Source: Dipteris shenzhenensis (taxonomy: Eukaryota). From it: a stretch of 64,000 bases of DNA. Location: assembly GCA_047967505.1 (NCBI GenBank), contig CM106538.1; one strand, written 5' to 3'. The notes under the pieces are model-generated. The model ran no database searches. It had not been told where the DNA came from and saw only the letters and a program-made list of their open reading frames with translations. A program made the position numbers and the translations under genes. Below, piece after piece: positions 1-13,900 of this stretch. Within the stretch, counting starts at the first letter, position 1; every line of letters begins with the position of its first letter.

Positions 1-479
1 AGCCACTGCCTCAGTTCTGTACAGCGTCCTCCATCCAGCCATACTGCTTGCATGGCATCTTCGAGCTGTTGCAGTCCACCAATGCTCCACTAACCTACCA
101 GGTAAGTTCACCTTTGTGCTGCCCACATGGCAGCTCGTGCTGTCCATGTGGCAGCCCCATGTGATCTCTTTTGATTGCTTGTATGCTGCCCACATGGCAA
201 CCAAAGTGCTGCCCATGTGGCAGCCACATTGCTTCATCCTGCCCCCGCCCCTTCCGCCCCCCCCCCCCCCCCCCCCCCCCGCCGCCCCCCTTTTCTCTCC
301 CAAAAAACTAGAAAACTCTCCTCATATGGGAGGTCACAGATGGGGAGGTGACCATACAATCTCCAAGGAGGGGGGGGAACAAGAGCCACACCAAACAAAC
401 TCAAAAAAAAAAAGGGGAGAAAAAAAGGAACTAAAAAAAATTGTTTGGAAGTGGGCCGTTTTTGTTTGACACCTTTCAA

Positions 480-2171
480 CCCTTGGGAAACATGTTTTGT
501 GGTCACTATGTGCGTATTGCTCTCGCAGCATCATTTTATTAACTTTGTTTGCCAACAAACTATCCCTTTGGCATACTCTTTTGATTTGTTTGTTTACTAT
601 GGATTACAATCCTTGATGTGAGTGAATTTTCCGAGTATTTGAGAATAAACTTATAAATCAAAGGGTTTCAATTAGTCAATTGTTTTAGAGAATGTAAATG
701 CTTTATTGTAGGAGGATGATAAAATAAGAAATAAATCTCACCATCTCAAAGTGGAAGTCGTATTCTATCCGTTGCTTTGTGAGATCAATGTTGCAAGTTT
801 TAAACCAACCATGTGAGACCCCTATTGGACTTGTTGGGCCCTCTTCTTTCTTTCTTGTGCTAGTAGGCAGCGCTTTTGTTTGACAAAGGGGTAGAGATTT
901 AGAAGCTAACCTTTTGGTGTCGCCAAGAGGGGTTCATATGCTAGCATCCTTGATACCCTCAACCATCTGGATCTCTTTGTCCCCAGAGGACAAACAATAG
1001 GTATAGAAAGCTTCTCTCTTCCTTCAAGATTGAGAAAGAGGCATGGTGGTGGAGCACATTTGTGTGCCTTACCCCCACGCAACCACAGGTTTGAGATTGG
1101 GTCTAGTCGTCTTGGTGAATCAGAGCCTAGTTTACCTTGGACCTCATTAGGTTTTTTCATCCCACCTTTTCATACTGGATGATATTAGATGATGCATCAT
1201 CACACACTAAGCCTTAAGGTATCCCCATTATGTTGTGCTTCCTAGGCCTCCCCAAGGAGTATAGAGCCATTTTGTCTTTCATGGGGCCGCGCTCGAGACA
1301 TTGACATCAGCCTCGGTGACGTCAGACAGTGGAGTCCCGAAGGTGTGGTTTACTGTAGACAACTTGGATATCCTACGAGAGTAGGTACTTCTAGAGACCT
1401 TGGGAGATGTCTTCAGACACCAGGCTGAGGTTTCAAGTCTACCAGGGTAGTTTATACGTTATAGATGGATGAGCCACCTGTGCCCATGCTTCGTGAGCGG
1501 TCTGTCTTGTTTGCCTAGGGTCCCGTGCATAATCAACAACAGGACATGGGACACAGGACCCTGTCCCCACCTAGTTGAGAGCCAAAGACGTCTTGGTTTA
1601 AACCCCCTGGGTCATCCTGTGGGAGGGGGTTTGGAGTCTGGACTAGAAAGAAAAAGTTTATTAAAATTATTCGAAAAACCAAGGGGTCAATGAGACTAAA
1701 AGAACGTAGTGAGCTGAGGGGTGGAGCCACTAAGCCAAAACCAACACCCATGAAGAAGGCCAAAGGGTCTATGAGACTAAAGGAACTGATACAATGAATT
1801 CTAGTCTTGTTCTCTACCATCTCGGACAAAGTCGCCATGTCGGAATGAAGAGGACGATGAACTGAAAGAGAAAATGGATGGGATAGAAGGGAACCAAGGG
1901 TTGAAGAAAGGAGAAGGCGGAAGAAGAGGATGAAGGAGCTGAGAGCCCAATGTACCTTCACACCTCACTTTCCGACCCTTGGAAACACCTCCTCTCTGAT
2001 CTGAAAACACTCTTCAAAGTCACCCCTTTGCTGGTCACCCGAACAATCCACTCCTCGAACACCCTCCTCCTCAAAGACATCTCCGAACAGCACCCTAATC
2101 CTCCTGTGTGTGTGTTGGCTCAACACTCCCTCCGCTCCTTGGGTCTCATGCCAACCGTGGCTCTGATACCA
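480..2171 (-). mobile_element. Degenerate internal (leader/gag) region of an LTR retrotransposon, probably Gypsy
   Basis: tRNA-iMet PBS (TGGTATCAGAGC) on the minus strand at 2160-2171, abutting the LTR; downstream only broken frames; left boundary approximate. Confidence 0.5.
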
Positions 2172-3843
2172 TGTGAGAAGTGCAGTGGAAATGAACGGAA
2201 GAGCGAGAGAGAGAGAGAGAGAAAGAAAGAAAGAAAGAAACAAAGTGTATTATTGTCCACTAAAGGCCAAAATGGGCCCATGGGACATCAAGAACTCTGC
2301 GTACAAGATAGCACAAAATCTACGTGCCACAAAGAAGAGGCATTGTCGAATATCATCTAAGTGCTACGCAATACAATGCAAGTGAAAGTACATAATGTCA
2401 AATCCGAGCCTAAGTACAAAGTAAGCTAGATGCAAGGAAACCGCCCCTGGGTGCAAAATGGGGGGATGAGTACAATATGTCAATGCAAAGATACAAGTCC
2501 ATGTATCACGGAGTCTGAGAACCAAAATAATACTGGAAATCCTGTCCATCGACTCTGCCTTCTGCTATGAGAGTACAAATCTGAGCAAAAGTGAGGTGAG
2601 AGAGAGAGAGAGAGAGCACGCCTCACACACACACATTGAGAAGGAGGGAAAGGAGAGAGGAAGGCACAAGAGAACTGCAAGTGATCTCTGGAGAAAACCC
2701 CGCTACATCTGGGGGAAAACCTTGGAAACAACGGGCTGTTCGAGAGCTCAGAACACACAGCTCAACAGCCAAGTGAAGGGAGCACTAGGGAGTGGATGAA
2801 TCGCTCCACTACCATGCTCCTTTGGTGCACAACAGGGCTGGCTCTGCTCCTCTGTCAGGCCCTCCAAAAGACGTGATCTGCTGCTCCAGAAGATGGAAAC
2901 AAATGAGGGGAGGGGGCCCTATAAATAGGGTCAGCTCCTGCCTCATACAACCGACCAGCAGGGGGGGTGGGCCGACCCACCTTTGCCCTCTAGAAAGGGC
3001 TGGCACACAGCCCTATTGCACCTCTAGGGGGTACCCCCTCTTCCTTGGGACCAGCCACAAGAAAGGCTGCCACGCAGCCATATAGAGGCTGCTGAGTGGC
3101 CGACCAGCAGGTCGGACCACCTCAGCAAAGAACGCGTCTGCTGGGGCCTGCCAAACTGACCAGGCAGTCGGATATGCTGCCCCAAAGGACTAAGGCCACC
3201 TCTCTTGGCCAACCAAGGGCGCCTCCACAGCTAGGCACCATGGCATACATACGGGCCATATTATACTTGATCTGAGCTGCCCTGGTCTGCTCCTACTCTA
3301 TCCTCACGGAGGGTGGGCACACGTGCAACAAGGCCCTGTCTTTGGACTAGCCTAGCCTCACGGGGGGCGGGCACACCCACAAGCACTGGCCCTCTCTCAC
3401 TAAGGTGACATCAGGAGATGTTGACCTCCAACAGGAGCCACTAAGCGGGCATTGACATCCATGATGAATAAAAAAAGAAAACCCATAGTCATGACACAAC
3501 GACACCAATACATATTGAGAACTTTTCAAGCTCAGAGGATGGAAGTTGTCGGGGCATTAATCTTGAGAGGGGGCGGCTTTGTGAGGCTATTGTGGTGGCA
3601 TAAAACTTGGATGGTGGCTGTCGCCACGTGTGGTCTACTGTGGTCCCTTGGCTATGACCCTGCGGCGAACAAGCACCATTGTCACTCCTATAGGAGTGAA
3701 AGTTTTGGCTCCAAGCTTCTTAGGAACATGCTCCGCGCAAGAGGTCAATGGAAACAATCTCATCCATGGATCTTCAGGACAGCCTCCCTCATAGAGCTTG
3801 ATGAGAGTGGCGTGGCATCTCTCAAGCAGCCTCATCTATGACA
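2172..3843 (-). mobile_element. Long LTR (about 1.67 kb)
   Basis: TG...CA ends (TGTCA / TCACA on minus); PBS immediately 3', PPT-like GGGGGGGA immediately 5' (3844-3851). Confidence 0.7.
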
Positions 3844-4820
3844 TCCCCCCCAGAGCAAAGATGAGTTTAAGAGGCAGCCCTTGATTTGGCATCTGGATGT
3901 TGGAGACTAGGAGGGCTAGGGAAGCACATGCACATTGGGTGGGTACAATGGGACAATGGGTCGGCAAGATCCATGTGGGTATGGAATCGACTTCTCTAAC
4001 ACATTTTGGAGAGGCTGAGTGTTCTTGCCCACCTGAGAGGGGCCAGTAGTAGCAGGATGCAAGACATTGAGGAGGCCATCCCGGAGACGTGGCAGGAGGG
4101 GTTTGACCGGACCCGAATGCCATAGGCTCTCCAGGACAAGGGTTCCTCTCAGAGCCGGTTTACTTAACTATGGGCTTGAGTACGGAATGTTGAGAGGTTT
4201 AGCACCATTTCTGACTTGCATATGGAGAAAGGCAAGTATTGTATGTATGCGTGGTTTTAGCTTAAAGTATCCTTACTACCAAAACCGTTGGTTAAGAAGC
4301 TCAATGTAGACAACAGTGGCATTGGGTGAAACGATATGTTGAAACCTATAGGTTTACATTATTACGTGGCTTTAGCTTTTAGATCCTGTAGACCAGTCTT
4401 TATACTGGTATTCTGAGAAGGAACCACCATAAGATATATACCATCGTTTTCATTGTATGAGTGATGGTGATCGATTTTTTAAATGGTTGTATCGTGGGGC
4501 ATGAGGGTGGATGAATCTAGAATCAAAGGAGGTGTCATCGCTTGGATATAGTGTGAACAAAAAAATGAGTATCAGAAAATGTATCACGACTAGACAAGTT
4601 TGAGAACAGTGACTTGTGTGCCTGCAGCTTGGTGGCCCAGATTCTGTTGCTGAAATTACAGGTCGCCGTGGTTTTTTGGTTCGTGCTGCAAGTGGAAAGG
4701 GTGTTGTTTATCAGTCTCGCAATACGTAAGGTTACACTCAAGTGTGCCCTTTTTAAGTTTAATTCTCAGCTACTTTTGTTTTGTTGATAATTCTACTTGA
4801 ATTTGGATGCATTTCAACAG

Positions 4821-4956
4821 GAAAGAGATTGCCATGGAGATGGTTAATATGCATGAAAAACAGCAATTTATGGATGGGAAGAAACTTGTTGCAATTATTT
4901 CTGAGGCTGGATCGGCAGGTGTGTCATTACAAGCAGACAGACGAGTCATTAACCAG
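4821..4956 (+). CDS. FGT1: FGT1-like exon ([45 protein letters not shown])
   Basis: ttcaacAG acceptor; Strawberry-notch [15 protein letters not shown] motif; donor appears to be GC (CAG|GCATAT). Confidence 0.9.
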
Positions 4957-7900
4957 GCATATACATGACTCTTAAACTTGTCTTGCTATCAGTGAGTAAA
5001 TGTGATGAGTAGTCTTCTGCTGCGGGATAATTTTATAACTAGTACTACTGTGGACGTCCATGCCATGGTGGAAACATGTGCAATCTATTGTAGTATCAAA
5101 TAGAAGCTATAACATGATGTTAGGTGGCTCTTCAGTTTAAAGAGGTACACTATCCTTCAGAATCTCGCTCTACAGAACGAGAACTGAGATCCTGATTGAG
5201 ATTGGCTGTTTAATGGATCTAAGCATTGGGTATTTCTGTCAAAATATTTCTCGTTTCCTTTACTTTGTACTGTAGGTTTTGATCAACCAACCCACCTCAG
5301 AGTCCTTTTATGCAAGAGATCAATAGTTATAAGAACCCCCCGCATGTCCCTCTCTTTGAATGAGATTAGTCATGCGATGTAGCTCATCTGTTTATTATAC
5401 AGAGAAGGAGAGTACATATTACTTTAGAGCTGCCTTGGAGCGCTGATCGTGCAATTCAACAGTTTGGAAGAACTCATCGTTCGAATCAAGCATGTGCTCC
5501 TGAGTACAGGTACATGCTGAGTCTCAGCTGTGTAAGGGAGTTTGTGAATGGTTGAGAGCTTGCTCAGTAAGAAAAAATTCTCATTTTGCCTGGGCTATGG
5601 TGAGACTATTTGTATGTGGTTTCTGTCTTTTTATAGTAATTTTGAAAAACAACTGGTAAAATTCATGCTTTTGCAGCACTTGTTGAAAGTAAATCCATGA
5701 TTTTCTTGTGTTCAAGTTGAGGATGATGCCTCCTACTGCCTTTGGGAATATCATCATCTACTACCTTGGGAATACATTATAAATTATCATTTGGTATTAT
5801 GGTGTCTGTGCAAAATAAGTTTGTTATTGGGAACCTAGTCTGGATGTCGCTTTATGTAAATGCGGTTTCCCTCAGATTTTTATTTGTCAGTATCATTTTG
5901 ATCCTCCATCTGATTCTTTCCTCCCCTTTCTAAAAGGAACGATGGATTATTTTTTTCTAAATAGTGATAATGGCATTTCTATTTCCTCTGTATATTTAAA
6001 GAAGTTGAAAGGTCTTGTACAGTTTGGGAAGATGCAGATTCCTGGTATCTTTATTGAAATGAGGTTGATTTTTCAAATTTCTGTGCTCATCAAGCATGAC
6101 AGAAAAGATGATGAAGCGGGACAGGACTGGCTAGTTTAGAATATGTTTTTAAATTTATATGACTTTTCTAGAGATGTTCTCAAGATTTTAAATCACTTCC
6201 CTCGCTCTTTGATAAAAATTCAGTTGGTTTTAAAAAAACTCTCTCTGAATGAGTGAGAGGATGAATTTGTATGTGTGCGCGGGTGCGCATATGCGTGCAG
6301 TGTGAGCTGACAATGTGTATCATACATATGAGCTACGGTACTGTCTGAATTGCACCACTAATGGAGTTTGCCAGAACTTGTTATTTACATGCTGCATGCA
6401 GCATGCAATTAGAAAGGGATCCTGTCAGAAGAATGAGCTGATTGACGAGGAGTTTTTGTTTAGGCTGTTGTTTACGAATCTTGGCGGCGAGCGTCGGTTT
6501 GCATCCATTGTAGCAAAACGCCTAGAAACCCTTGGAGCCCTGACTCAGGGTGACCGCAGGTGAGGAAACCAAATGCATGCTTCCTTTTTGAGGCATGAGA
6601 ATTGTCAGGATGTGGGGTTTTTGTCCATTTTAGCCTGAAATCACCTTACATGCAGAATGGCATGGTCATTGATAAAATTAGTTCTGGGATGTGGCAGGGC
6701 TGGCCCATCTTTAAGTGCCTACAATTATGACAGTGTTTATGGCAAGAAGGCCCTTGCTTTGATGTACCGATCAATAATGGAGCAGGTCAGCATACCAAGC
6801 TCCTTTCTTGCTTTGAATTCTTTTTTGTACCTGACCTGATCTGCAATGCCACCTGTGATTGTGTCTGCAACTAATGAAACTAGTTTTTATTCTGCACAGT
6901 GTGATTCTCCAGTTCTGCCTCCTGGTTCTACCAGCGATGGTGATGGGTCATCTCGAGATTTTTTAAAGTTTGCAAGAGCTGCGTTATTGGCAGTGGGAAT
7001 CATTAGAGATGCAGTTCCTGGTATATTCACTAGGCATTTCTAGCTGTTTTGATCTTTAAATTAAAGATTGTCTAGCAGCCTTGGATATTTGTGATGTGTA
7101 GTGTAAAGCTGATTTTTGACTTTCATCGGAACGTTTCTGTTGATTGGTCAAGCTACGTGTAAAGCACTCAAACTTGTATTAAAACTACTCTTTCAAACGT
7201 CAAAGATCGGGATTTGAATTTGACTCTGGGTGTGAACCCAAAATTTCAAAGCCAGGAGGTTGCTTGACATAAACCTCTTCCAACAAGTCTCCATTAATAA
7301 AAGCGGTTTTTATGTCCAACTCATGAACATTCCAATAAAAATGTGCAGCCATAGCAATAACTGATCTAATAGTGGTCATTGTGGAAGTAGGAGCAAATGT
7401 CTCCTCATAATCAATGACCTTCTTTTGAGCATAGCCTTTTGCAACCAGTCATGCCTTGTACCTGTCAATGGACCCATCTGACTTTCTTTTTACTTCGAAA
7501 ACCCATATGGTACCTATGGCATTCTTTCCTAAAGGCAAATCCACAAGATTCCAGGTCTGATTTTTGTCAATAGATTGCAACTCATCTTGCATGGCTTGCA
7601 TCCAATGCACATTATTCTTGGCTTCTTCAAAAGTATCAGGCTCTTCCGCATCAAGAAGAGTACCTGCATAAGCTGATTCAACAGAAAGAGCCCCCCTTTG
7701 TGCCTTGCTGCACCAGCAGTTCTGCCAGGCAAAGGAGCATCAAGCCTACTCTCCTTGAGAGTTTGGAGCAGCCAATTCGGGACAGTTTTGGCTGTGTGTA
7801 TTTCTGTAATCTCTTGCTTGACAACATCTTCCATTGCCTGTGGAGGAACCAAATCAGCCTGTGGCTGAATCGGGGCATGTGGAATGTAGGCCATCTTTTG

Positions 7901-10900
7901 GTGGTTCTAGTGATGCCCTATAGGCCATGGTATGTGCCTTGTAGGCATAAGTGTAGGCACTTATAGTGTTAGTGCCTTCTATGCCACATAGGACACTTAG
8001 TCCTATGTGACACCTAGGACACTTAGTCCTAGGCCTAGGTACAAGTACTTTGTACTTGTGTTTTTCAACCTTATCTAAGTTTGACGTGACTTCTCTTTCG
8101 ACTCGTCTTGTACCTGCACTCTCTCTCTCTCTCTGACCCGTACCTTAAGTGGTATCAGAGCAGGTATTGCTCTAGCCCTCCAGCTCTCCTCAGCCCCGAG
8201 CCCTCCATAGCTTATTGGAAGTTTTCTGCCCTGCTGGTCGACACATTCCCAGGCTGTTCGAGGTGTATCTTCAGTGGCTGCGTCCGTACTGCACGAAGCT
8301 GTACCTGCGCGTTGCATCGTTGTACTGAAATCCTGCATCGCCGTACTTTGCGTCGTACCTTCCGTACGTGTAACGTACACTGCGCAGTACCTTCCGTACG
8401 TGAGCATACCTGCGCCGTACTCGTACTCTGCGCCGTACATCAGTCGTCAACTGTACTTGCGCCGTTGTACTGTACCGTACATGAGCAGACCTGCGTCGTA
8501 CTCGTACTCTGCGCCGTACATCCGTCGTCAATTGTACCTTCAGTCGTCAACTGTACCTGCGTGGTACCGTACGATGCGCTGTACTCCATCCGTACGTTGT
8601 AGTGTACCGTACGCCGTTTGGTACCTTCGCTGTACAAGGTCCTTGGTCTCACTGCAGTCATCTACAGATTTGGGGCTTTTGCAGGACATTGGCAAATTTG
8701 GGGTTTTCATTTCCTTTCACCTCCTTTAATTGCAATTTCTTGCAAGAAATTGGAGTTTTGGGATTTGTTCTGCAATTTCTTGTTTAGATTGCAGTACATT
8801 GGGTCAGATTGCAGGACATTCAGTTACATTTGCAGGATATTGAGTCAGACTTCCATACATTGGGTCACATTTGCAAAATTTCAGCAAAATTTGGGACTTT
8901 TCTGAATTTGCCCTCTTTTTGGCCTATTTGCCTTCAATAAATTTGGGGCTTTTGCCAAATTTGCTGTTTTTGCAGTGAACATTGCCTGTCACAGTCACAT
9001 TTGGGTCAGATCTGCATTTGCCCTTTGATTTGGGTCAGAAATTTGCAGATATTTGCTGTCATTTTTGGGACAGCCAGCTTTTTGTAGTGATAGCCTTGAG
9101 GCTTTTGGGTTTTCAGGTCTTTTACAGGTTATCACAGTTGCTATGGCTGGGAACAATCAAGATTTATTTGGAGTTCTTCGTGGAATATTGTTTCTGGGGT
9201 TGATCTGAGCACAGCAGCTGCAATTCCTCTACGCATAGCAGCTGCAATTCCTCTACGCATAGCAGCTGCAATTCCTCCCATGCATCTGCGCACAGCAGCT
9301 GCAATTCCTCTACGCATAGCAGCTGCAATTCCTCCCATGCTCTTTTTGTGCCTGGCATTGAAGTCAACTTGATTTCAATTTCAGCAATTGCTACTTCAGG
9401 TTTCAGAGTGATTTTTGATGGCTACAGATGCCTAGTATATGATCTTCGTGATGACAATGCCATAGTTGTCACTGGCACTTTGCAAAAAGGGCTTTATCAC
9501 CTTGATCATCATTCAGCTGCACTTTCTACTGAAGCATTAGCTATTTCAGATTCACAGCTTGCTGAAACTCATCTTTGGCATGAGAGAATGGGCCATCTCA
9601 ATTATAGAGCTCTTGCAAAGCTACATTCACAGCAAATGGCAAATGATGTACCTCAGACTCACACAGTTTCTAAACATGCGTGAGGGTTGTCTTTTGGGTA
9701 AGATGCATCGATTTCCTTTTCAAAAGAATTGTCTAAAACTCTCACAAAGGAAATTGCAGGTAGTACACAGTGATGTCTGTGGCCCAATGAGGACAAATGC
9801 CATTGGAGGATACAAGTATTTCATGACTCTCATTGATGATTTCACAAGGTATTGCTGGGTATATCCTTTAAAGGCCAAATCTGAAGTTTTCTTATGCTTT
9901 CAGAGATGGCTGAATATGGTTGAGAATGAATCAGGATGCAAGCTTGTCACCCTCAACACAGGTAGGGGGGGTGAGTATATGTCAAAGGAGTTTGATGCAT
10001 TTCTATCCTCATGGGGCATTATTCACTTATGCACTACTCCTTACACTCCTCAGCAGAATCCTGTTTCTGAAAGGAAAAACAGGTCCACAATGGAGATGGC
10101 CAGATGCATGCTTAAGGCCAAGTCTTTGCGCAATAAATTTTGGCTTGATGCAGTAATGTGTGCCAACTATGTGCTGAATAGATCACCTACACGGGCATTA
10201 AAGACTATTATACCTTATGAAGCATGGAAAGGCAGGAAGCCTTCACTTTCACACATGAAAGTTTTTGGGTCTCTTGCATATGTTCATGTACCATCTCAGC
10301 TGAGACATAAGCTTGATGACAAGGCAATCAAATGCATATTCATTGGTTACAGCCAAGAGAGCAGAGGGTATCGGTTATATCAACCAAATACTGGGAAGAT
10401 TATTGTCAGTAGAGATGTGATCTTTGCTGAACATTCAGCTTCTCCTCTTGTGGACTGCAAAGCAAAGCCAGATATTGACATGTTTGATGCCTTTGAATCT
10501 TGGTTACCTCTACCATCATCAGAAGAGGATTTTGAGCAGCCTCCTGCAGGCCCTCCACGAAGCAATAATCAGCCCCTACCTCATGCTGATTTGCAAGTTT
10601 CTCTTCCGGCACAAAATGGTCCCACTACTCATGATGCAGTCATTTAAGAAAGAGTTGTCAATAGACAGCAAAGGCAAGTTCCCAGATGGCTTCTTGACAC
10701 ATTGAGGGACAGCAAACAAGATCAGCCTTTTGCTGCCCGGACAAGATCAGGGAATAGACAGCATGGTCACTTTCTTGAGTTTGCACTCCTTGCTACAGCT
10801 TGCAATGAAGAGCCTTTGTGCCATAAAGATGCTTTTGACAGCAAAGAGTGGATGCATGCAATGAAAGCTGAGTTACAATCTATTCGATTGCCAAAAATGA

Positions 10901-13900
10901 CACTTGGGAATTAGTAGATCTCCCACCTGGCAAGCATGCCATTTGAACGCGGTTAGTCTTTAAATTAAAAAGGAAATCTGATGGAAGCATAGAATGATAC
11001 AAAGCCCGTCTTGTTGCAAAAGGGTATGCCCAACAACAAGGCATTGACTTTGAGGAGACATTTGCTCCCACATCTAGGATTACCATTCGATGTGTCATTG
11101 CCATTGCAGCCTATCATCATTGGCAAGTGCACCAACTTGACATCAAGACTGCCTTTCTTCATGGGGATCTGCAGGAAGAAGTCTATGTCACACAACCTCC
11201 TGGCTTTGAGGTTGTTAATTTTGAAAATAAGGTATGCCGGCTTAGAAAAGCCCTTTATGGTTTAAAGCAGGCACCCAGGGCATGGTATGCCAAAATTCAT
11301 GCACTCTTTCAGAATAGTCCCACAGAACCCACTCTTTATTTCCGTGGGAGTGGATCTGATTTTTTAGTGCTGATTTTATATGTGGATGATATGCTTATCA
11401 CGGGCCCAGATACTCAGCAGATTGCAGCTTTCAAGGCTGATTTGCAGCAGATTTTTGACATGTCAGACATGGGACAGCTCCATTATTATTTGGGCATTCA
11501 GTTTGCTCATGTTGAGGGGGGTATCATGATGTCTCAGTCCAAGTATATTGGACAGCTCCTTGATCGTTGTCAGTTTGAGGATTGCAAGCCAATCTCTACT
11601 CCAGTGGACCCTGGCTTCAAATTCTCAGCTCATGATGGGAGCCCACCATGTAATATCACTCTTTATCAGCAGGCTGTTGGATGCCTTATTTATTTATGTC
11701 ACACGAGACCTGACTTGCAGTATGCAGTATCTCAGCTCAGCAGATTCATGCACATGCCCAGTTCACAGCATTGGCAGGCAGTGAAGAGAGTCGTCAGATA
11801 TCTCAGAGGCACTCAGGATTTAGCCCTCTTCTATGGTGATCAGGGTTCACTTACCATGCATGCTTACACGGATAGTGACTGGGCAGGATGTTCCGACACC
11901 AGAGTGTAACATACTGGCAATTGTTTTTTGCTTGGCAATTCATGTATTTTTTGGCTCAGCAAGAAGCAACCGACAGTTGCCACGTCTAGTTGTGAGGCTG
12001 AGTACAGGGCAGCCTTCACCGCTACAGTAGAGTGTGTTTGGCTTCGACAGTTACTTACAGATCTTGGTATTTGCCAGACATCCTCCACTATTGTCTACAC
12101 TGATAGCCAGAGTGCTTTGGCCAATGCGCGTAACCCAGTGTTTCATGTGCGTACCAAGCATATTGAAGTTCACTATCATTATGTTTGGGAGCGGTTGTCA
12201 GCAGGAGACGTAGAGTTGTCCTATCTTCCCACATAGGACAACATCGCAGATATGTTTACAAAGGCACTTCCTCGTCCCAAGTTCGAAGTCTTCCGACAGG
12301 CTTTACACTTGGTTCCCTTTGTTACATGATCTGACATTCCTTGTACATTCATAGGTGGCTATATCCTTTTGGATGAACATGTGCCACCATGACCAGAAAC
12401 TACCAGGTATTCTGAGACGTTTCCAGAGTACTTCAGCCCATTTCATGGAGGGGGGTTTGTAGGCCATCTTTTGGTGGTTCTAGTGATGCCCTATAGGCCA
12501 TGGTATGTGCCTTGTAGGCATAAGTGTAGGCACTTATAGTGTTAGTGCCTTCTATGCCACATAGGACACTTAGTCCTATGTGACACCTAGGACACTTAGT
12601 CCTAGGCCTAGGTACAAGTACTTTGTACTTGTGTTTTTCAACCTTATCTAAGTTTGACGTGACTTCTCTTTCGACTCGTCTTGTACCTGCACTCTCTGTC
12701 TCTCTTTGACCCGTACCTTCATGGAATAGGAGGAACTTGCTGTAAATCCTGATTTTCAGCAGGGACGTCATATGCGGAACCCAAAGCAATGGGTAGTAAT
12801 CCCTCAAAAACATCATCTGATGTAGAAGAAGCTGGCACATTAAATCCAGCTTGTGTATGTGCTGAAGTTTCTGAAAAGATCTGTCACGGGGGCGTGAAAT
12901 TCTAATTACTTTAATGTGCTACGAGGCTGTGACAAATTTGGCTTTAAAAGTCCAAGTGTGGGCTTAATAATGTGAATTTAAATGTGGCATGGTACCTAGC
13001 ACATAAGTGTAATTAATCCGTAGGCCCAAGGGCATTCAAAGGATTTAAAGGGTGGTTTGATGGAAATGATGTGGCAACTTTAGTGGTTTGGCCTCTCCCA
13101 AAACCAATCTAGCCCAGTCTAGAGCATTCAAGAGGTGGTTTTTGAGTTTTCTAGATGGGTTTGGTTATTTCTAGTGTTTTTGAGGCTTCTCTTCCAAGAA
13201 CTGGAATTTCTTCGTGCTTTTGCAACCCTCACAAAGCTGAGTGACGAATTTTGCCATAGCTCCTCACCCGTTGGATTCCGCGATCTTTGTTTGTCCCAAT
13301 GGCTTCCCCTCTACCTCCCCTACGCACTTATACCCTTTTCTTGAAAGGCGCTTTGTAGATTTGGCTGAGTAGTACAGCCAGAGTGAGGAAGGTAACTAGA
13401 GGAGGTAAGGCAAGATGAAAGGAGTATGCTTGAGAAGAGGATGTAAGGCTGCGGGCAAGATGGAAGGAGCAAGCTTGAGGAGAGGAGTAAGGTAAGAAGA
13501 GCAAAGTGGAAGAAGTGTTTGTTGCGGGTGAGATATAGAAGACGAACGACTACTAGGGGATTTATAGAACTGCAGACTCATAATGTGGGATAAGATTTAG
13601 AATAAAGAATTGGTAGAGGCTGAGATGATTAGATTATCTGAAGTAACAGATGCAAGACCGTAATGCGAGACGTGTGAGACATGTAAGATAGTGAGTACAT
13701 TGAAATCTATAAAATAAAATGATGGGATGCAAGACCGTAATGCGAGACATTTGAGACATGGTGAGCATTCATAAACAAGAGAGCTCCATAACTCTTCAAA
13801 GGAGAAGGCAGGCACGCCTTGAAGAACAAGCTAGTGTACAGTCACATGGAGTTCATCAAATGCCTATGGAGCAGGCCACAGATGAAGCCACACGTCAGCT

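Noticed and set aside
100-480. Short palindromic GCCCACATGGCAGC-type repeats and poly-C (similar motifs at 63955-64000) as DNA-transposon ends
   Set aside because: No TIR pair or TSD can be established inside the window.
8075-8729. Overlapping Tyr/Arg/Val/Cys-rich ORFs on both strands (also 28408-29062)
   Set aside because: By-products of GTAC repeat arrays that lack stop codons; no protein-family motifs.
9209-9340. CRISPR-like array, or derivation from the Gypsy integrase 16-mer AGCTGCAATTCCTCTA near 51853
   Set aside because: No unique spacers and a eukaryotic context. The repeat sits where the related element has an Ala/Pro-rich gag segment, so the short match is probably coincidental.
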